Assembly: GCA_050014835.1 (NCBI GenBank) | Contig: JBEKCO010000002.1 | Coordinates: 3,133-67,132, forward strand | Length of the DNA: 64,000 bases | Direction: 5' to 3' | Origin: Acidimicrobiales bacterium | GTDB taxonomy: Bacteria; Actinomycetota; Acidimicrobiia; Acidimicrobiales; Bog-793 | In this document: positions 11,371-20,869 of the stretch, piece after piece | Layout: the number at the start of each line of letters is the position of its first letter | How positions within the stretch are numbered: the first letter of the stretch is position 1 | Made by a program: the position numbers and the translations under genes | Notes under the pieces: generated by a model | What the model saw: only the letters and a program-made list of their open reading frames with translations | What the model was told of the DNA's origin: nothing | The model's database searches: none

Positions 11371-12156
11371 ATGTCAGCGACCGAGGTAGCACTCGCCATT
11401 GCCGTCTTCCTGGCGAGCACGGTCGAGATGGTCGAGGCGCTGACGATCGTCCTCGCCACGGGGGCGACGCGCGGCTGGCGCTCGGCGATCGAAGGCAGCG
11501 CCGCCGGGGTCGCGCTCCTCGCGGTGCTCGTCGGGGTGGTCGGCGTGCCGCTCGTTCACTACGTGCCGATCGGGACCCTGCGCGTCGTGATCGGCGGGCT
11601 CCTGCTCGTGCTCGGGCTGTCCTGGCTCCGGAAGGCGATCCTGCGGGCGAGCGGGCACCAAGCCCTTCACGACGAGGACCGGATCTACGCCGACACGGTC
11701 GCCAAGTTGGGCGGCCCGGCCGCGGGTGCCACACGGCGCGACGCGCTCGGATTCGTCGTTTCGTTCAAGGCGGTCCTCCTCGAGGGGATGGAGGTCGTCC
11801 TCATCGTGCTGAGCCTCGGCACCAGTGCGCACCTGCTCGGGGTGGCGGCGGCGTCAGCCGCGGCGGCGGTGATCCTCGTCGGGGCCGCCGGCCTCATCGT
11901 CGCCCGCCAGCTCTCCTCCATCCCGGAGAACGTGATGAAGATGGCGGTCGGCGTCATGTTGACGAGCTTCGGCGTCTTCTGGGTCGCGGAGGGGACAGGG
12001 CTGCACTGGCCCGGATCCGATCTCGCCGTGCCGGTCCTCGTCGCGGGGTTCGCGGGCGTGACGGCGATCGCCGTGACGGGGATGCGCGCGCTGGTTCGCC
12101 CGGCGGTCCCCCGGGTCGCCGGCGCCCTCGTCGACCGGGAGGGAGCCGCCCGGTGA
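11371..12156 (+). CDS. polytopic membrane protein of unknown function
   Basis: ATG 11371 follows AGGAG. The sequence is strongly hydrophobic throughout. The preceding 20 codons of track ORF 11311 look non-coding. Confidence 0.7.
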   Translation: MSATEVALAIAVFLASTVEMVEALTIVLATGATRGWRSAIEGSAAGVALLAVLVGVVGVPLVHYVPIGTLRVVIGGLLLVLGLSWLRKAILRASGHQALHDEDRIYADTVAKLGGPAAGATRRDALGFVVSFKAVLLEGMEVVLIVLSLGTSAHLLGVAAASAAAAVILVGAAGLIVARQLSSIPENVMKMAVGVMLTSFGVFWVAEGTGLHWPGSDLAVPVLVAGFAGVTAIAVTGMRALVRPAVPRVAGALVDREGAAR

Positions 12157-12401
12157 GGAGCATTCTCAGACGCGCGATCGTCGCTTTCGGACGGTTCTGG
12201 TGGGGTTTCCTCGTCGGCGACACGCCGGAGCTCTTCGTCGGCACGCTGCTCGTCGTTGGGGCGGCGTGCCTGCTCCGCCACGACCGGGTCGCCGGGCTGT
12301 CGGCGGTCGTCGTGCTGACGGTCGTGTTCTTGCTCGCGAGCACCTACCGGGGGCGGGGCGCAACCCGGTCCGTGCCCGGCGACGACGGCCCTGCCGGGTA
12401 G
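12153..12401 (+). CDS. small membrane protein (hypothetical)
   Basis: GTG 12153 overlaps the upstream TGA (GTGA). Two hydrophobic helices are present (FVGTLLVVGAACLL, AVVVLTVVFLLA). It is the tail of track ORF 11220..12401. Confidence 0.5.
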   Translation: MRSILRRAIVAFGRFWWGFLVGDTPELFVGTLLVVGAACLLRHDRVAGLSAVVVLTVVFLLASTYRGRGATRSVPGDDGPAG

Positions 12402-12452
12402 CGCGGGAAACGCGTCGGGCGGCCGACCGAGCCGCGCGGCGGGGAAGAGCGG

Positions 12453-13502
12453 TCAGCCGGCGGCTGTATCGAGGTAGTGGGTTCCGGACAGGTCGCGCAG
12501 GCGGGCTGCCGCGTCTTCCGCGGTGATGTCGCGCTGAGGCGAGCCGAACAGTTCGAATCCGACCATGAACTTCCGGACCGTCGCCGAGCGGAGGAGCGGT
12601 GGCAGGAAGTGGGCGTGAAGGTGGAACCCCTCGTGGGCGAGCCCGTCGGCCGGTCGCTGGTGGATGCCCATGGAGTACGGGAAAGGGGCTTCGAAGAGGT
12701 TCTCGTATCGGACGGTGACGGCGTGGAGGGCGTCGGCGAACGCCTCGGCCTCCCCCGGTCCGAATTGATCGAGCCCGCCGAGGTGCCGGCGGGGCAGGAC
12801 CATCGTCTCGAAGGGCCAGATCGCCCAGAACGGGACGACGACGACGAAGGACTCGTTGGCGTAGACGGTGCGCTCGGCGAGCTCCTCCTCGAGCGCGGCG
12901 TAGCCGCAGAGCAGGCACGATCCGTGCGAGAGCGAGAACCGTTCGAGCGAGGCCGTTTCCTTGGCGAGCTCGTTGGTCACGCTCGCGCTCGCCCAGATCT
13001 GGCAGTGGGGATGGGGATTGCTCGCACCCATCATGTCGCCCCGGTTCTCGAAGATCTGGACCGAATGGTTCGAGTTCCCGGCGGCGAGTTCCATGAACTG
13101 CTCACGCCACACGGCGACGACCCGTGCGACCTCGGCGACGTCCATGCGCGCGAGCGCGAGATCGTGGCGCGGTGTGAAGCAGATCACTCGGCAGATTCCT
13201 GATTCTCCGGCCGCGACGAGCAGTCCTTTCCGGTCGAGTTCGTCGTGTGGCGCGTCGGGCAAGAGCGCCGGGAAGTCGTTGTCGAACGCGAAGGTGTGCG
13301 TGTACGGCGGGTTGTGCTCGCCGCTCGCCCGCGCGTTGCCCGGGCACAGGTAGCAGGACGGGTCGTAGGTGGGCAGCTCGGCATCCGCCCCCCGCTCGAC
13401 CTGCCCGAGCCAGGGCCGCTGGGAGCGGTGGGGCGAGACGAGGACCCACTCCCCGGTGAGCGGGTTGAAGCGGCGGTGCGAGGAATCCTCGAGGAAGGAC
13501 AT
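12453..13502 (-). CDS. galT: galactose-1-phosphate uridylyltransferase
   Basis: NPHPHCQIWA (HPH active site) and a CYLCPGN zinc motif. The true start is ATG 13502 (MSFLEDSSHRRFNPLTGEWV). The upstream 110 codons of the track ORF are shadow sequence. Confidence 0.92.
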   Translation of the reverse strand: MSFLEDSSHRRFNPLTGEWVLVSPHRSQRPWLGQVERGADAELPTYDPSCYLCPGNARASGEHNPPYTHTFAFDNDFPALLPDAPHDELDRKGLLVAAGESGICRVICFTPRHDLALARMDVAEVARVVAVWREQFMELAAGNSNHSVQIFENRGDMMGASNPHPHCQIWASASVTNELAKETASLERFSLSHGSCLLCGYAALEEELAERTVYANESFVVVVPFWAIWPFETMVLPRRHLGGLDQFGPGEAEAFADALHAVTVRYENLFEAPFPYSMGIHQRPADGLAHEGFHLHAHFLPPLLRSATVRKFMVGFELFGSPQRDITAEDAAARLRDLSGTHYLDTAAG

Positions 13503-13506
13503 TGCG

Positions 13507-14490
13507 TCAGTCCCCATAGCCGTCGGGGTGCCTGGCGTGCCATTCCCAGGCGCTCGCGACGATGGAGTCGAGGTCCGCGTGCCGGGGAGTCCACCCGTAG
13601 TCGGCGCGGATCGCACTGGAACTCGCGACGAGGATCGCCGGGTCTCCGGGCCGCCGGGGCGATTCGACGACTGGCACCGCCCGACCGGTGACGCGCCGGG
13701 CACAGTCGACGACCTCGCGAACGGAGTAGCCGAGACCGTTGCCGAGGTTGTAGCGGGCCGACGCGCGCGTCGACAGGGCATCCATCGCCAGCAGGTGGGC
13801 CGAGGCGAGGTCCGCGACGTGAACGTAGTCACGCACGCAGGTCCCGTCCGGCGTCGGGTAGTCGGTCCCGTAAACGCGGATCGCCTCTCGCCGGCCGAGC
13901 GCCGCGCCGAGCACGAGCGGGATGAGGTGGGATTCCGGATCGTGGTCCTCGCCGCAGTCGGGTCCCGCCGCGCCGGCGGCGTTGAAGTACCGGAGCGCCG
14001 CCCAGCGCAGGCCGTGCGCCGAGCCGACCCAGGCGAGCATGCGCTCCACCTGGAGCTTCGACTCGCCGTAGGGGTTGGTCGGTTCGGGGCGCGACTCTTC
14101 GACGACCGGGACCTCGTCGGGGTCGCCGAATACCGCGGCGCTCGAGGAAAAGACCAGGCGGCCGACGTCGTGTCGGAGCATCGCCTCGATGAGAGTAAGG
14201 GCGTTCGCGGTGTTGTTGCGGAAGTAGCGAGCCGGCAGGTTCATCGACTCGCCCGCTTCGATGAACGCTGCGAAGTCCATGACCACGTCGTAGGACCGCG
14301 AGACGAAAGCGAGGTCGAGGTCCTCGGCGTTGGCGGTGTCGCCAATGAGCAACTCGGCTCCGTCCGGCACCGCAGCGCGGTGCCCTTTGTCGAGATTGTC
14401 GAACACCGTGACGTTGTGACCGGCTTCGAGCAGGGCGCGACTGGTCGCGCTGCCGATGTAACCCGCGCCCCCTACGACGAGAACGTTCAA
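13507..14490 (-). CDS. galE: UDP-glucose 4-epimerase
   Basis: MNVLVVGGAGYIGS Rossmann motif and a YGESK catalytic motif. 327 aa. Confidence 0.93.
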   Translation of the reverse strand: MNVLVVGGAGYIGSATSRALLEAGHNVTVFDNLDKGHRAAVPDGAELLIGDTANAEDLDLAFVSRSYDVVMDFAAFIEAGESMNLPARYFRNNTANALTLIEAMLRHDVGRLVFSSSAAVFGDPDEVPVVEESRPEPTNPYGESKLQVERMLAWVGSAHGLRWAALRYFNAAGAAGPDCGEDHDPESHLIPLVLGAALGRREAIRVYGTDYPTPDGTCVRDYVHVADLASAHLLAMDALSTRASARYNLGNGLGYSVREVVDCARRVTGRAVPVVESPRRPGDPAILVASSSAIRADYGWTPRHADLDSIVASAWEWHARHPDGYGD

Positions 14491-15674
14491 CGATCCGTTC
14501 CGATTCCGGCTGGTTCCGGTCCGACCCCGGGTCCGGCTTCGGCGATGATGATCGTGGGTGTGATGCCGGTCGATTTCTCGTATTCGCTGGCGATCGTCTC
14601 AGAGAAGCGTTCGACGGCGCCGTCGCGCACGAGGTTGATCGTGCAGCCACCGAAACCGCCCCCGGTCATGCGGGCGCCGAGGACGCCATCGATCGTGAGC
14701 GCGGTGTCGACCAGGAGGTCGAGCTCGGTGCAGCTCGCTTCGTAATCATCCCGGAGGCTTCGGTGGGATTGCACCATGAGCGCGCCGAAACGTTCCTCGT
14801 CCCCGGCCTCGAGCACGTCCGCGGCGCACAGGACACGCGCGTTCTCGGTCACCACGTGGCGGCAACGCCGGTAGACGATCGGGTCGAGGAGGTGCTCGTT
14901 GGCCTCGAGCTGAGCGAGCGAGACGTCGCGCAACGCCAGAACTCCCGGGATGACGGTCGAAAGGGTGGCGACGCCGGTTTCGCACTCGGCTCGGCGGGAA
15001 TTGTAGGCGCTCGCCGTGTGTTCGTGCCGCACCATCGAGTTCGCGATGACGAATCGAGAGTCGGTGGCGAGGGGCACGAATCGTGCGACGAGGTCCCGAC
15101 AATCAAGCAGCATGGCGTGGTCGCGCACCCCGTGGCAGGACGCGTACTGGTCCATGATCCCGCTCTTTACGCCGATGAAGATGTTCTCGGTCCGTTGTCC
15201 AGCTGTTGCGAGATCGTCGAGATCGAAGGTTGCACCCGCCAGCGAGAGCAACCCGAAACCCGTCGCCATCTCGATCGCGGCCGACGAGCTGAGACCGGAG
15301 CCGAGGGGGATGTCGCTGTCGATGAGGATGTCGACACCGACGAGTCGGTGGCCCGACGATTGGAGCATGAAGGCGAGACCTCGTACGTAATCCGTCCAGT
15401 CGTGTCGCGGTCGCGGATCGGCCTCATCGAGGTCGAACTCCGCTGTTTCGTCCATGGTTAGAGAGCGCACCCTCACCGTGCGGTCGCTGCGAGGAGAGAA
15501 CGCAGCCCAGGTCGCGTATTGGAGGGCGACCGGCAGCACGAAGCCGTCGTTGTAGTCGGTGTGGTCGCCGATGAGGTTGACGCGCCCGGGAGCCCGGAAG
15601 ATCGTCGGATCACGGCCCCAGGCTTCCGAGAACATCGCCCGGAGCCGGGTCGCGATCGACGGTCGAGTTTTCAC
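14487..15674 (-). CDS. galK: galactokinase
   Basis: GRVNLIGDHTDYNDG galactokinase signature and a GHMP kinase motif (PLGSGLSSSAA). 4-nt overlap with galE. Confidence 0.93.
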   Translation of the reverse strand: MKTRPSIATRLRAMFSEAWGRDPTIFRAPGRVNLIGDHTDYNDGFVLPVALQYATWAAFSPRSDRTVRVRSLTMDETAEFDLDEADPRPRHDWTDYVRGLAFMLQSSGHRLVGVDILIDSDIPLGSGLSSSAAIEMATGFGLLSLAGATFDLDDLATAGQRTENIFIGVKSGIMDQYASCHGVRDHAMLLDCRDLVARFVPLATDSRFVIANSMVRHEHTASAYNSRRAECETGVATLSTVIPGVLALRDVSLAQLEANEHLLDPIVYRRCRHVVTENARVLCAADVLEAGDEERFGALMVQSHRSLRDDYEASCTELDLLVDTALTIDGVLGARMTGGGFGGCTINLVRDGAVERFSETIASEYEKSTGITPTIIIAEAGPGVGPEPAGIGTDR

Positions 15675-15944
15675 GGTTCGCTTCCTTAGGGATCGGAGGT
15701 CGGCGGTTCGACTGCGGACAGGCGTGCGACTCGGTCAGCGCGGAAAACGCCTGATCGAGCAGATGAACACGTGCCGATTATGCACCATCCCTCGCTGTCC
15801 GAGGTGAAGTCGCGGTCGGGACGAGAAACGATTCCTCACCCGGCAACGTGGGGCAATGTTGCGGGGCCGGGTTGCGCTGATCGGCCGAGAAGGACTTCCC
15901 TCAGATTCCATGCGGTAGGAAACTCGCGCGGGCAAGATACGGGA

Positions 15945-16238
15945 ATGAGCGAGAAAGTGTTCTCTCTCGTCGCCGACATCAGTTCCAATGATCCGGCGGC
16001 GATCGCGCCCGTGCTGCGTCGGCTCGTCAGTGGTCAAATCACCGCGACCGACGACGGATTCCACATCGTGGCGGAGCTGACCGGCGAAAGCGCGCGGGAC
16101 CTCAACCGTGCCCTCCTCTCGGCGCTCAGGCGAGCCGAGCGGCGCACTCGGTTGCGATCGCAGTGGACGGCCGGGGGGACGACCCAGCGGTTCTTCGATT
16201 ACGTGCCAAAGGGAACCCGGGTCGATCGGCCCGGCTGA
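15945..16238 (+). CDS. hypothetical protein
   Basis: ATG 15945 within track ORF 15771..16238. There is no recognisable motif. It is convergent with ssrA. Confidence 0.45.
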   Translation: MSEKVFSLVADISSNDPAAIAPVLRRLVSGQITATDDGFHIVAELTGESARDLNRALLSALRRAERRTRLRSQWTAGGTTQRFFDYVPKGTRVDRPG

Positions 16239-16290
16239 TCTCCGGCGCGCAGAATGCGGCTCTGATCGGTGAACGGGGCTACAGCAGAAG

Positions 16291-16640
16291 TGGAGGTGGC
16301 GGGAATCGAACCCGCGTCCTTCGGGTTCTCGATGGGCATTCTCCGAGCGCAGCCGACGGGCAAGTTTCAGGTCCCGCCTCCCCGTCGGCAGCGGCGCAGG
16401 ACCCCAGTCAGCTGAGTTGTCCCCGAGCGACGCGCTGACGGCGCTGCTCAGGTGAGTCCCGCTAGATGACGCCTGGTCCCGGCCCGCGGGGCTTGGATCG
16501 GACAGACGTTGCTGCTACTTAGGCAGCAAGCTCGAGCTGAGGCTCGGCATTTGTTTTGTTTTCCGGCTCTTTTACGTGGATCCGGAGACCACGGCTCGCT
16601 TCTCCCACCTTGACGACCGAAGTCGAAGCCTGTCACCCCC
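16291..16640 (-). ncRNA. ssrA: tmRNA (SsrA)
   Basis: The 5' end on the minus strand is GGGGGUGACAGGCUUCGAC. The 3' end is the tRNA-like GCGGGUUCGAUUCCCGCCACCUCCA. An internal tag frame reads ...GCC GAG CCU CAG CUC GAG CUU GCU GCC UAA (…AEPQLELAA*). It lies directly downstream of smpB. Confidence 0.92.
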
Positions 16641-16756
16641 TCGGAAGGCGCCGGCCAGGCGACCGGGCACCACGGACTTGGGCACCGGCAGGCGCCGGCT
16701 CGAACATCTTACCGCTCGGTCTGAGTCGTTCGACGGGCGGGTAGCGGGCTTCGGCG

Positions 16757-17242
16757 TCAGTCGCGCATTCCCTTCATCGCGCGTTCGGCCTCGCGCCCGG
16801 CCTCGCGCTCCGCGATGGCACGGCGCTTGTCGTACAGCCGCCGCCCGCGGGCGAGCGCGAGCTCGACCTTGGCACGCCCGGCCTTGAAGTAAACCGAGAG
16901 GGGGACAAGGGTCAACGACTGCTGCGCGACCCGCCCCTGGAGCTCGTCGATCTGCTTGCGGTGGAGGAGCAGCTTGCGCGGCCGGTCCGCTTCCACGGCG
17001 CCGAAGCCGCTCGAGTACTCGTAGGGAGCGATCCGCGCGCCGAGCAACCAGGCCTCGCCGTTCTCGACGCGGGCGTAGGCGTCCTGCAGGCTGACCTGGC
17101 CGGCGCGGACCGATTTCACCTCGGCGCCTTTCAGCTCGAGCCCCGCTTCGAACGTGTCGAGGATGTCGTACTCGTGCCGGGCGCGCCGGTTCCGCGCGAC
17201 TGGCCGGATCTGCTCGCGTTCGATCCGCGTCGTGCCGGTCAT
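16757..17242 (-). CDS. smpB: SsrA-binding protein SmpB
   Basis: ARNRRARHEYDILDTFEAGLELKGAEVKS… is typical SmpB. The start is probably ATG 17242. Confidence 0.92.
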   Translation of the reverse strand: MTGTTRIEREQIRPVARNRRARHEYDILDTFEAGLELKGAEVKSVRAGQVSLQDAYARVENGEAWLLGARIAPYEYSSGFGAVEADRPRKLLLHRKQIDELQGRVAQQSLTLVPLSVYFKAGRAKVELALARGRRLYDKRRAIAEREAGREAERAMKGMRD

Positions 17243-17314
17243 GGCCCGTGGCCTGGCCGGCCGTCGTCTCTGGGACCGCGCTGCCATGATCCGAGACGGT
17301 AGCCTCCCTGCCCG

Positions 17315-17764
17315 ATGGGCTCTTCTTCCCGTCCCGGGGTGTCACCGCGCCGAGAGGATTCGCAACTGGTCCTCGACGGGAAGCTCGCCGTCGAGATGAC
17401 GGCGCACTGCCTGCGGGCGCTCCCCGCCGAGGGCTGTGGGCTGATCGCCGGTGACCCCGCCAGTGGCCGGGCCGTGCGGTCGTTTCCCGCCCGGAACAGC
17501 GCCGCCTCTGCCCGCCTCTACGTCCTCGACCCGGGGGACCACCTGCGAGCGGACCGGGAGGCGGAGGAGGAGGGTCTGGAGATCATCGGCGTCTTCCACT
17601 CCCACACGCACACCGACGCCTATCCGTCGGCGACCGACGTCGCGCAGGCCCCCGATCCGGGTTGGCACTACGTCCTGGTCTCGCTACGCGGCGAGGTCAG
17701 TTCGATGCGGTCCTTCCGCATCCGCGAGGGGGTCGTCACCGAGGAGCGGGTCGTTCTCGTCTGA
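17315..17764 (+). CDS. mec: JAMM/MPN+ metalloprotease (Mec-like)
   Basis: E…HSHTHTDAYPSATD is the JAMM motif (HxHx7Sx2D). It lies directly upstream of cysO-cysM, as in the mycobacterial mec-cysO-cysM cluster. Confidence 0.88.
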   Translation: MGSSSRPGVSPRREDSQLVLDGKLAVEMTAHCLRALPAEGCGLIAGDPASGRAVRSFPARNSAASARLYVLDPGDHLRADREAEEEGLEIIGVFHSHTHTDAYPSATDVAQAPDPGWHYVLVSLRGEVSSMRSFRIREGVVTEERVVLV

Positions 17765-17825
17765 AGGCGGTGCGGTCCCGTACATCCGCCCAGTTCGGGG
17801 CGACCGGAATCCGACAGGGCGTCGT

Positions 17826-17847
17826 TAGAATATGACCTTTCAGGTCA
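17826..17847 (+). promoter_or_regulatory. putative -10 (TAGAAT) followed by perfect palindrome TGACCTTTCAGGTCA upstream of cysO
   Basis: TAGAAT is at 17826..17831. The 6-3-6 inverted repeat is at 17833..17847. GGAGG at 17871 and the GTG start at 17881 follow. Confidence 0.4.
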
Positions 17848-17880
17848 GCATTCGAGCGACGAGATTCCACGGAGGTTCCG

Positions 17881-18162
17881 GTGCCCGTTGAAGTGAGGCT
17901 CCCGACGCTGCTGCGTCCGGCCACCGGGGGCAGGGCGAAGGTGTCCGCCGATGGCGCGACCGTCGGCGAGGTGCTCCGTTCGGTCATCTCCGAACACCCA
18001 GCCCTCGGCGCGCAGGTCATGACCGAGGACGGCGAGCTGCACCACTTCCTCAACGTCTACGTGAACGACGAAGACGTGCGCTACCTCGAGCGTCTCGACA
18101 CCCGGGTGGCGAGCAACGACGTCGTCTCGATCCTGCCGGCGGTGGCGGGCGGCGCGACGTAG
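17881..18162 (+). CDS. cysO: ThiS/MoaD-family sulfur carrier protein CysO
   Basis: A 93-aa beta-grasp-type protein with C-terminus …ILPAVAGGAT. It sits between mec and cysM. Confidence 0.88.
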   Translation: MPVEVRLPTLLRPATGGRAKVSADGATVGEVLRSVISEHPALGAQVMTEDGELHHFLNVYVNDEDVRYLERLDTRVASNDVVSILPAVAGGAT

Positions 18163-18180
18163 GGGCGCGGGCGGTCGGCG

Positions 18181-19125
18181 ATGCTCGTCCAGGACGTCTT
18201 GGGGCTTATCGGGAACACGCCGATGGTCGACGTCTCAGCGTTGAGTCCGAACCCGGGGGTGCGCATCGTCGTGAAGCTTGAGGGCGTCAATCCCGGCGGT
18301 TCGGTGAAGGATCGCGTCGCGCGCTACCTCGTCGAGGACGCGGAGGACCGGGGGGTGCTGACGCCGGGCGCGACCCTGCTCGAGCCATCGTCCGGCAACA
18401 CGGGAATCGGGCTCGCCCTCGTCAGCCGTGTCAAGGGCTATCACCTGAAAGTCGTGCTCCCCGAGAACGTCTCGCCGGAGCGTCGGCAGCTGATCGAGGT
18501 CTGGGGAGCCGAGATCATCTCCTCGCCAGGGGCGGAGGGGTCCAACGGGGCAGTGCGGCTCGCCCGGCAGCTCGCCGTGTCGCATCCTGAATGGGTCTTC
18601 CTCTACCAGTACGGGAATCCGGCGAACCCGCGGGCCCATTACGAGACGACCGGGCCGGAGATCTGGCGTGACCTCCCGGAGGTGACGCACTTCGTCGCCG
18701 GCCTCGGGACGAGCGGCACCCTCCTCGGGGTCGGCCGGTTCCTCAAAGAGCAGAACCCCGACATCGAGGTGTGGACGGTCGAGCCTCCCGCCGGCGAGGC
18801 GGTCGACGGCCTGCGTACCCTCGACGACGGGTTCATCCCGCCGATCTTCACGAACCTCGGCGGAGAGAAGCTGCTCGATCGCAAGACGGTGATCGGCCCG
18901 AAGGACTCGGTGAAGTGGACGCGGCGTCTTGCCGACGTCGGCATCTTCGCCGGGCTCTCGACCGGTGCGGCGATGGCCGGTGCCGCGCGCTGCGCGACCC
19001 AGATCCCCACCGGTGTGATCGTCGTGCTCTCCCCGGACGGGGGGTGGAAGTACCTATCCGCCGACGTCTGGGTGGGGGACCTCGACGCGGTCGTGAGGCG
19101 CGCCCGGCAGTCCGTCTACTTCTGA
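18181..19125 (+). CDS. cysM: cysteine synthase (CysM-type, PLP-dependent)
   Basis: NPGGSVKDR (PLP lysine), EPSSGNTG and GTSGT motifs. 314 aa. Confidence 0.92.
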   Translation: MLVQDVLGLIGNTPMVDVSALSPNPGVRIVVKLEGVNPGGSVKDRVARYLVEDAEDRGVLTPGATLLEPSSGNTGIGLALVSRVKGYHLKVVLPENVSPERRQLIEVWGAEIISSPGAEGSNGAVRLARQLAVSHPEWVFLYQYGNPANPRAHYETTGPEIWRDLPEVTHFVAGLGTSGTLLGVGRFLKEQNPDIEVWTVEPPAGEAVDGLRTLDDGFIPPIFTNLGGEKLLDRKTVIGPKDSVKWTRRLADVGIFAGLSTGAAMAGAARCATQIPTGVIVVLSPDGGWKYLSADVWVGDLDAVVRRARQSVYF

Positions 19126-19182
19126 GGCTCACCTCGGCTAAGAGGTCCGATTCGGAGCCAACGCCTAACCTGGGCCGGGAAG

Positions 19183-19989
19183 ATGAATGACCGACCCATT
19201 GGCGTTTTCGACAGCGGTTTCGGCGGTCTGACGGTCGCGCGCGCGCTGATCGATCTCCTGGACGACGAGGACATCGTCTACGTCGGCGACACGGGCCGGT
19301 ATCCGTACGGGCCGCGTCCCGGCGACGAGGTCCGGCGGTTCGCCCACGAGATCGCCGAGCACCTCGTCGGGGTCGAGGACGTGAAGATGATCGTCGCCGC
19401 CTGCAACACGGCGTCGTCGGTGGCGCTCGACGAGCTGCGCTTCGACTTCGACGTTCCCATCGTCGGAGTGATCGAGCCAGGAGCGCGCGCCGCCGTGGCA
19501 GCGACGCGCAACGGCGAGATCGGCGTGATCGGAACGACCGGCACGATCGCCTCCGGCGCGTACCAGCGAGCGGTCGCGGCGATCCACGGCGTCCAGCGAG
19601 TGCACTACGCCGCCTGTCCGGGCTTCGTCGAATTCGTCGAACGTGGCGAGCTCGACGGCGACCCGGTCCATGTTCTCGCCGAGCGTCTCCTCTCGCCCCT
19701 CAAGGAAGCTGGCGTCGACACGCTGTTGCTTGGTTGCACGCACTACCCCTTCCTTGCCCGGACGATCGCGGACGTCATGGGTCGTGACGTCGTCCTCGTC
19801 TCGTCGGCTGAAGAGACGGCGTTCGACGTGCGGGCCATCCTCGAGTCGACCGGGCTTGGTCGAAGGTTCGCCTCGAAAGGGACCCACCGGTTCCTGTCGT
19901 CCGGCGACCCGGGGTGGTTCGTCACGATGGGAAGCCGTCTGTTGGGGCCGGAGCTCGTCGCGGCAGAGTCCGTCGTGTTCGGCCGGTGA
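19183..19989 (+). CDS. murI: glutamate racemase
   Basis: IGVFDSGFGGLTV, ACNTAS and GCTHYP motifs. Confidence 0.93.
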   Translation: MNDRPIGVFDSGFGGLTVARALIDLLDDEDIVYVGDTGRYPYGPRPGDEVRRFAHEIAEHLVGVEDVKMIVAACNTASSVALDELRFDFDVPIVGVIEPGARAAVAATRNGEIGVIGTTGTIASGAYQRAVAAIHGVQRVHYAACPGFVEFVERGELDGDPVHVLAERLLSPLKEAGVDTLLLGCTHYPFLARTIADVMGRDVVLVSSAEETAFDVRAILESTGLGRRFASKGTHRFLSSGDPGWFVTMGSRLLGPELVAAESVVFGR

Positions 19990-20116
19990 CCAGGTGCACG
20001 TCGATCCGGCAAGGTGGCCCCGTCGCGCGGCCGGGTGTGCGGCGGGTACGGTCGTCGGGAAGGCCGCGTCTCGCGGCGGCCGAAATGGGACGAAAGGCGA
20101 CGGGGACTGACCGACG

Positions 20117-20869
20117 ATGACGAGCGAGGTTCGCCACGACGGGCGCAGGCCGGATGAGCTACGACCCTTCGAGATCGCCCGTGATTTCACCGAGTTCGTC
20201 GCGGGGGCGGCCCTCGTCACGATGGGCCGCACGAAGGTCCTCTGCACGGCGTCGGTCGACGCCGAACTCCCCCGGTGGTTGCGTGGTTCGGGCAAGGGGT
20301 GGGTGACGGCGGAGTATTCGCTGCTTCCCGGGTCGTCTTCCGAACGCGTGCCGCGCGAGGCCACGAAGGGTCGCCAGTCAGGACGCACACAGGAGATCCA
20401 GCGTCTCATCGGGAGGTCGCTCCGCGCGGTGTGCAACCTGAAGGCGCTCGGAGAACGCCAGATCATCATGGACTGTGACGTCCTTCAGGCCGACGGTGGG
20501 ACGAGGACGGCGGCGATCACGGGGGCGTTCGTCGCCCTGCACGACGCGTGTGCGCGCCTCGTCGCGGAGGGCGTGCTCAGCGCCGTCCCGTTGTTCGACG
20601 CGGTCGGTGCGGTGTCCGTCGGTCTCGTCGACGGGGTCGCGATGCTGGACCTCGACTACGAGGAAGATGCTCGGGCCGGAGTCGACATGAACGTTGTCAT
20701 GACGGGTTCGGGCCTTTTCGTCGAGGTCCAGGGGACCGCCGAACGCGATCCGTTCCCGCAATCGACGCTCGACGAGCTGCTAGGACTGGCCGGCGCGGGC
20801 ATCCGGAGCATCCTTTCCCGCGACGAGGTGATGCTCGCGACACCGCCGTCCCCCGGGTTCGCCGGGTGA
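20117..20869 (+). CDS. rph: ribonuclease PH
   Basis: GRRPDELRP…, EYSLLPGS and DCDVLQADGGTRTAAITGA motifs. Confidence 0.93.
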   Translation: MTSEVRHDGRRPDELRPFEIARDFTEFVAGAALVTMGRTKVLCTASVDAELPRWLRGSGKGWVTAEYSLLPGSSSERVPREATKGRQSGRTQEIQRLIGRSLRAVCNLKALGERQIIMDCDVLQADGGTRTAAITGAFVALHDACARLVAEGVLSAVPLFDAVGAVSVGLVDGVAMLDLDYEEDARAGVDMNVVMTGSGLFVEVQGTAERDPFPQSTLDELLGLAGAGIRSILSRDEVMLATPPSPGFAG

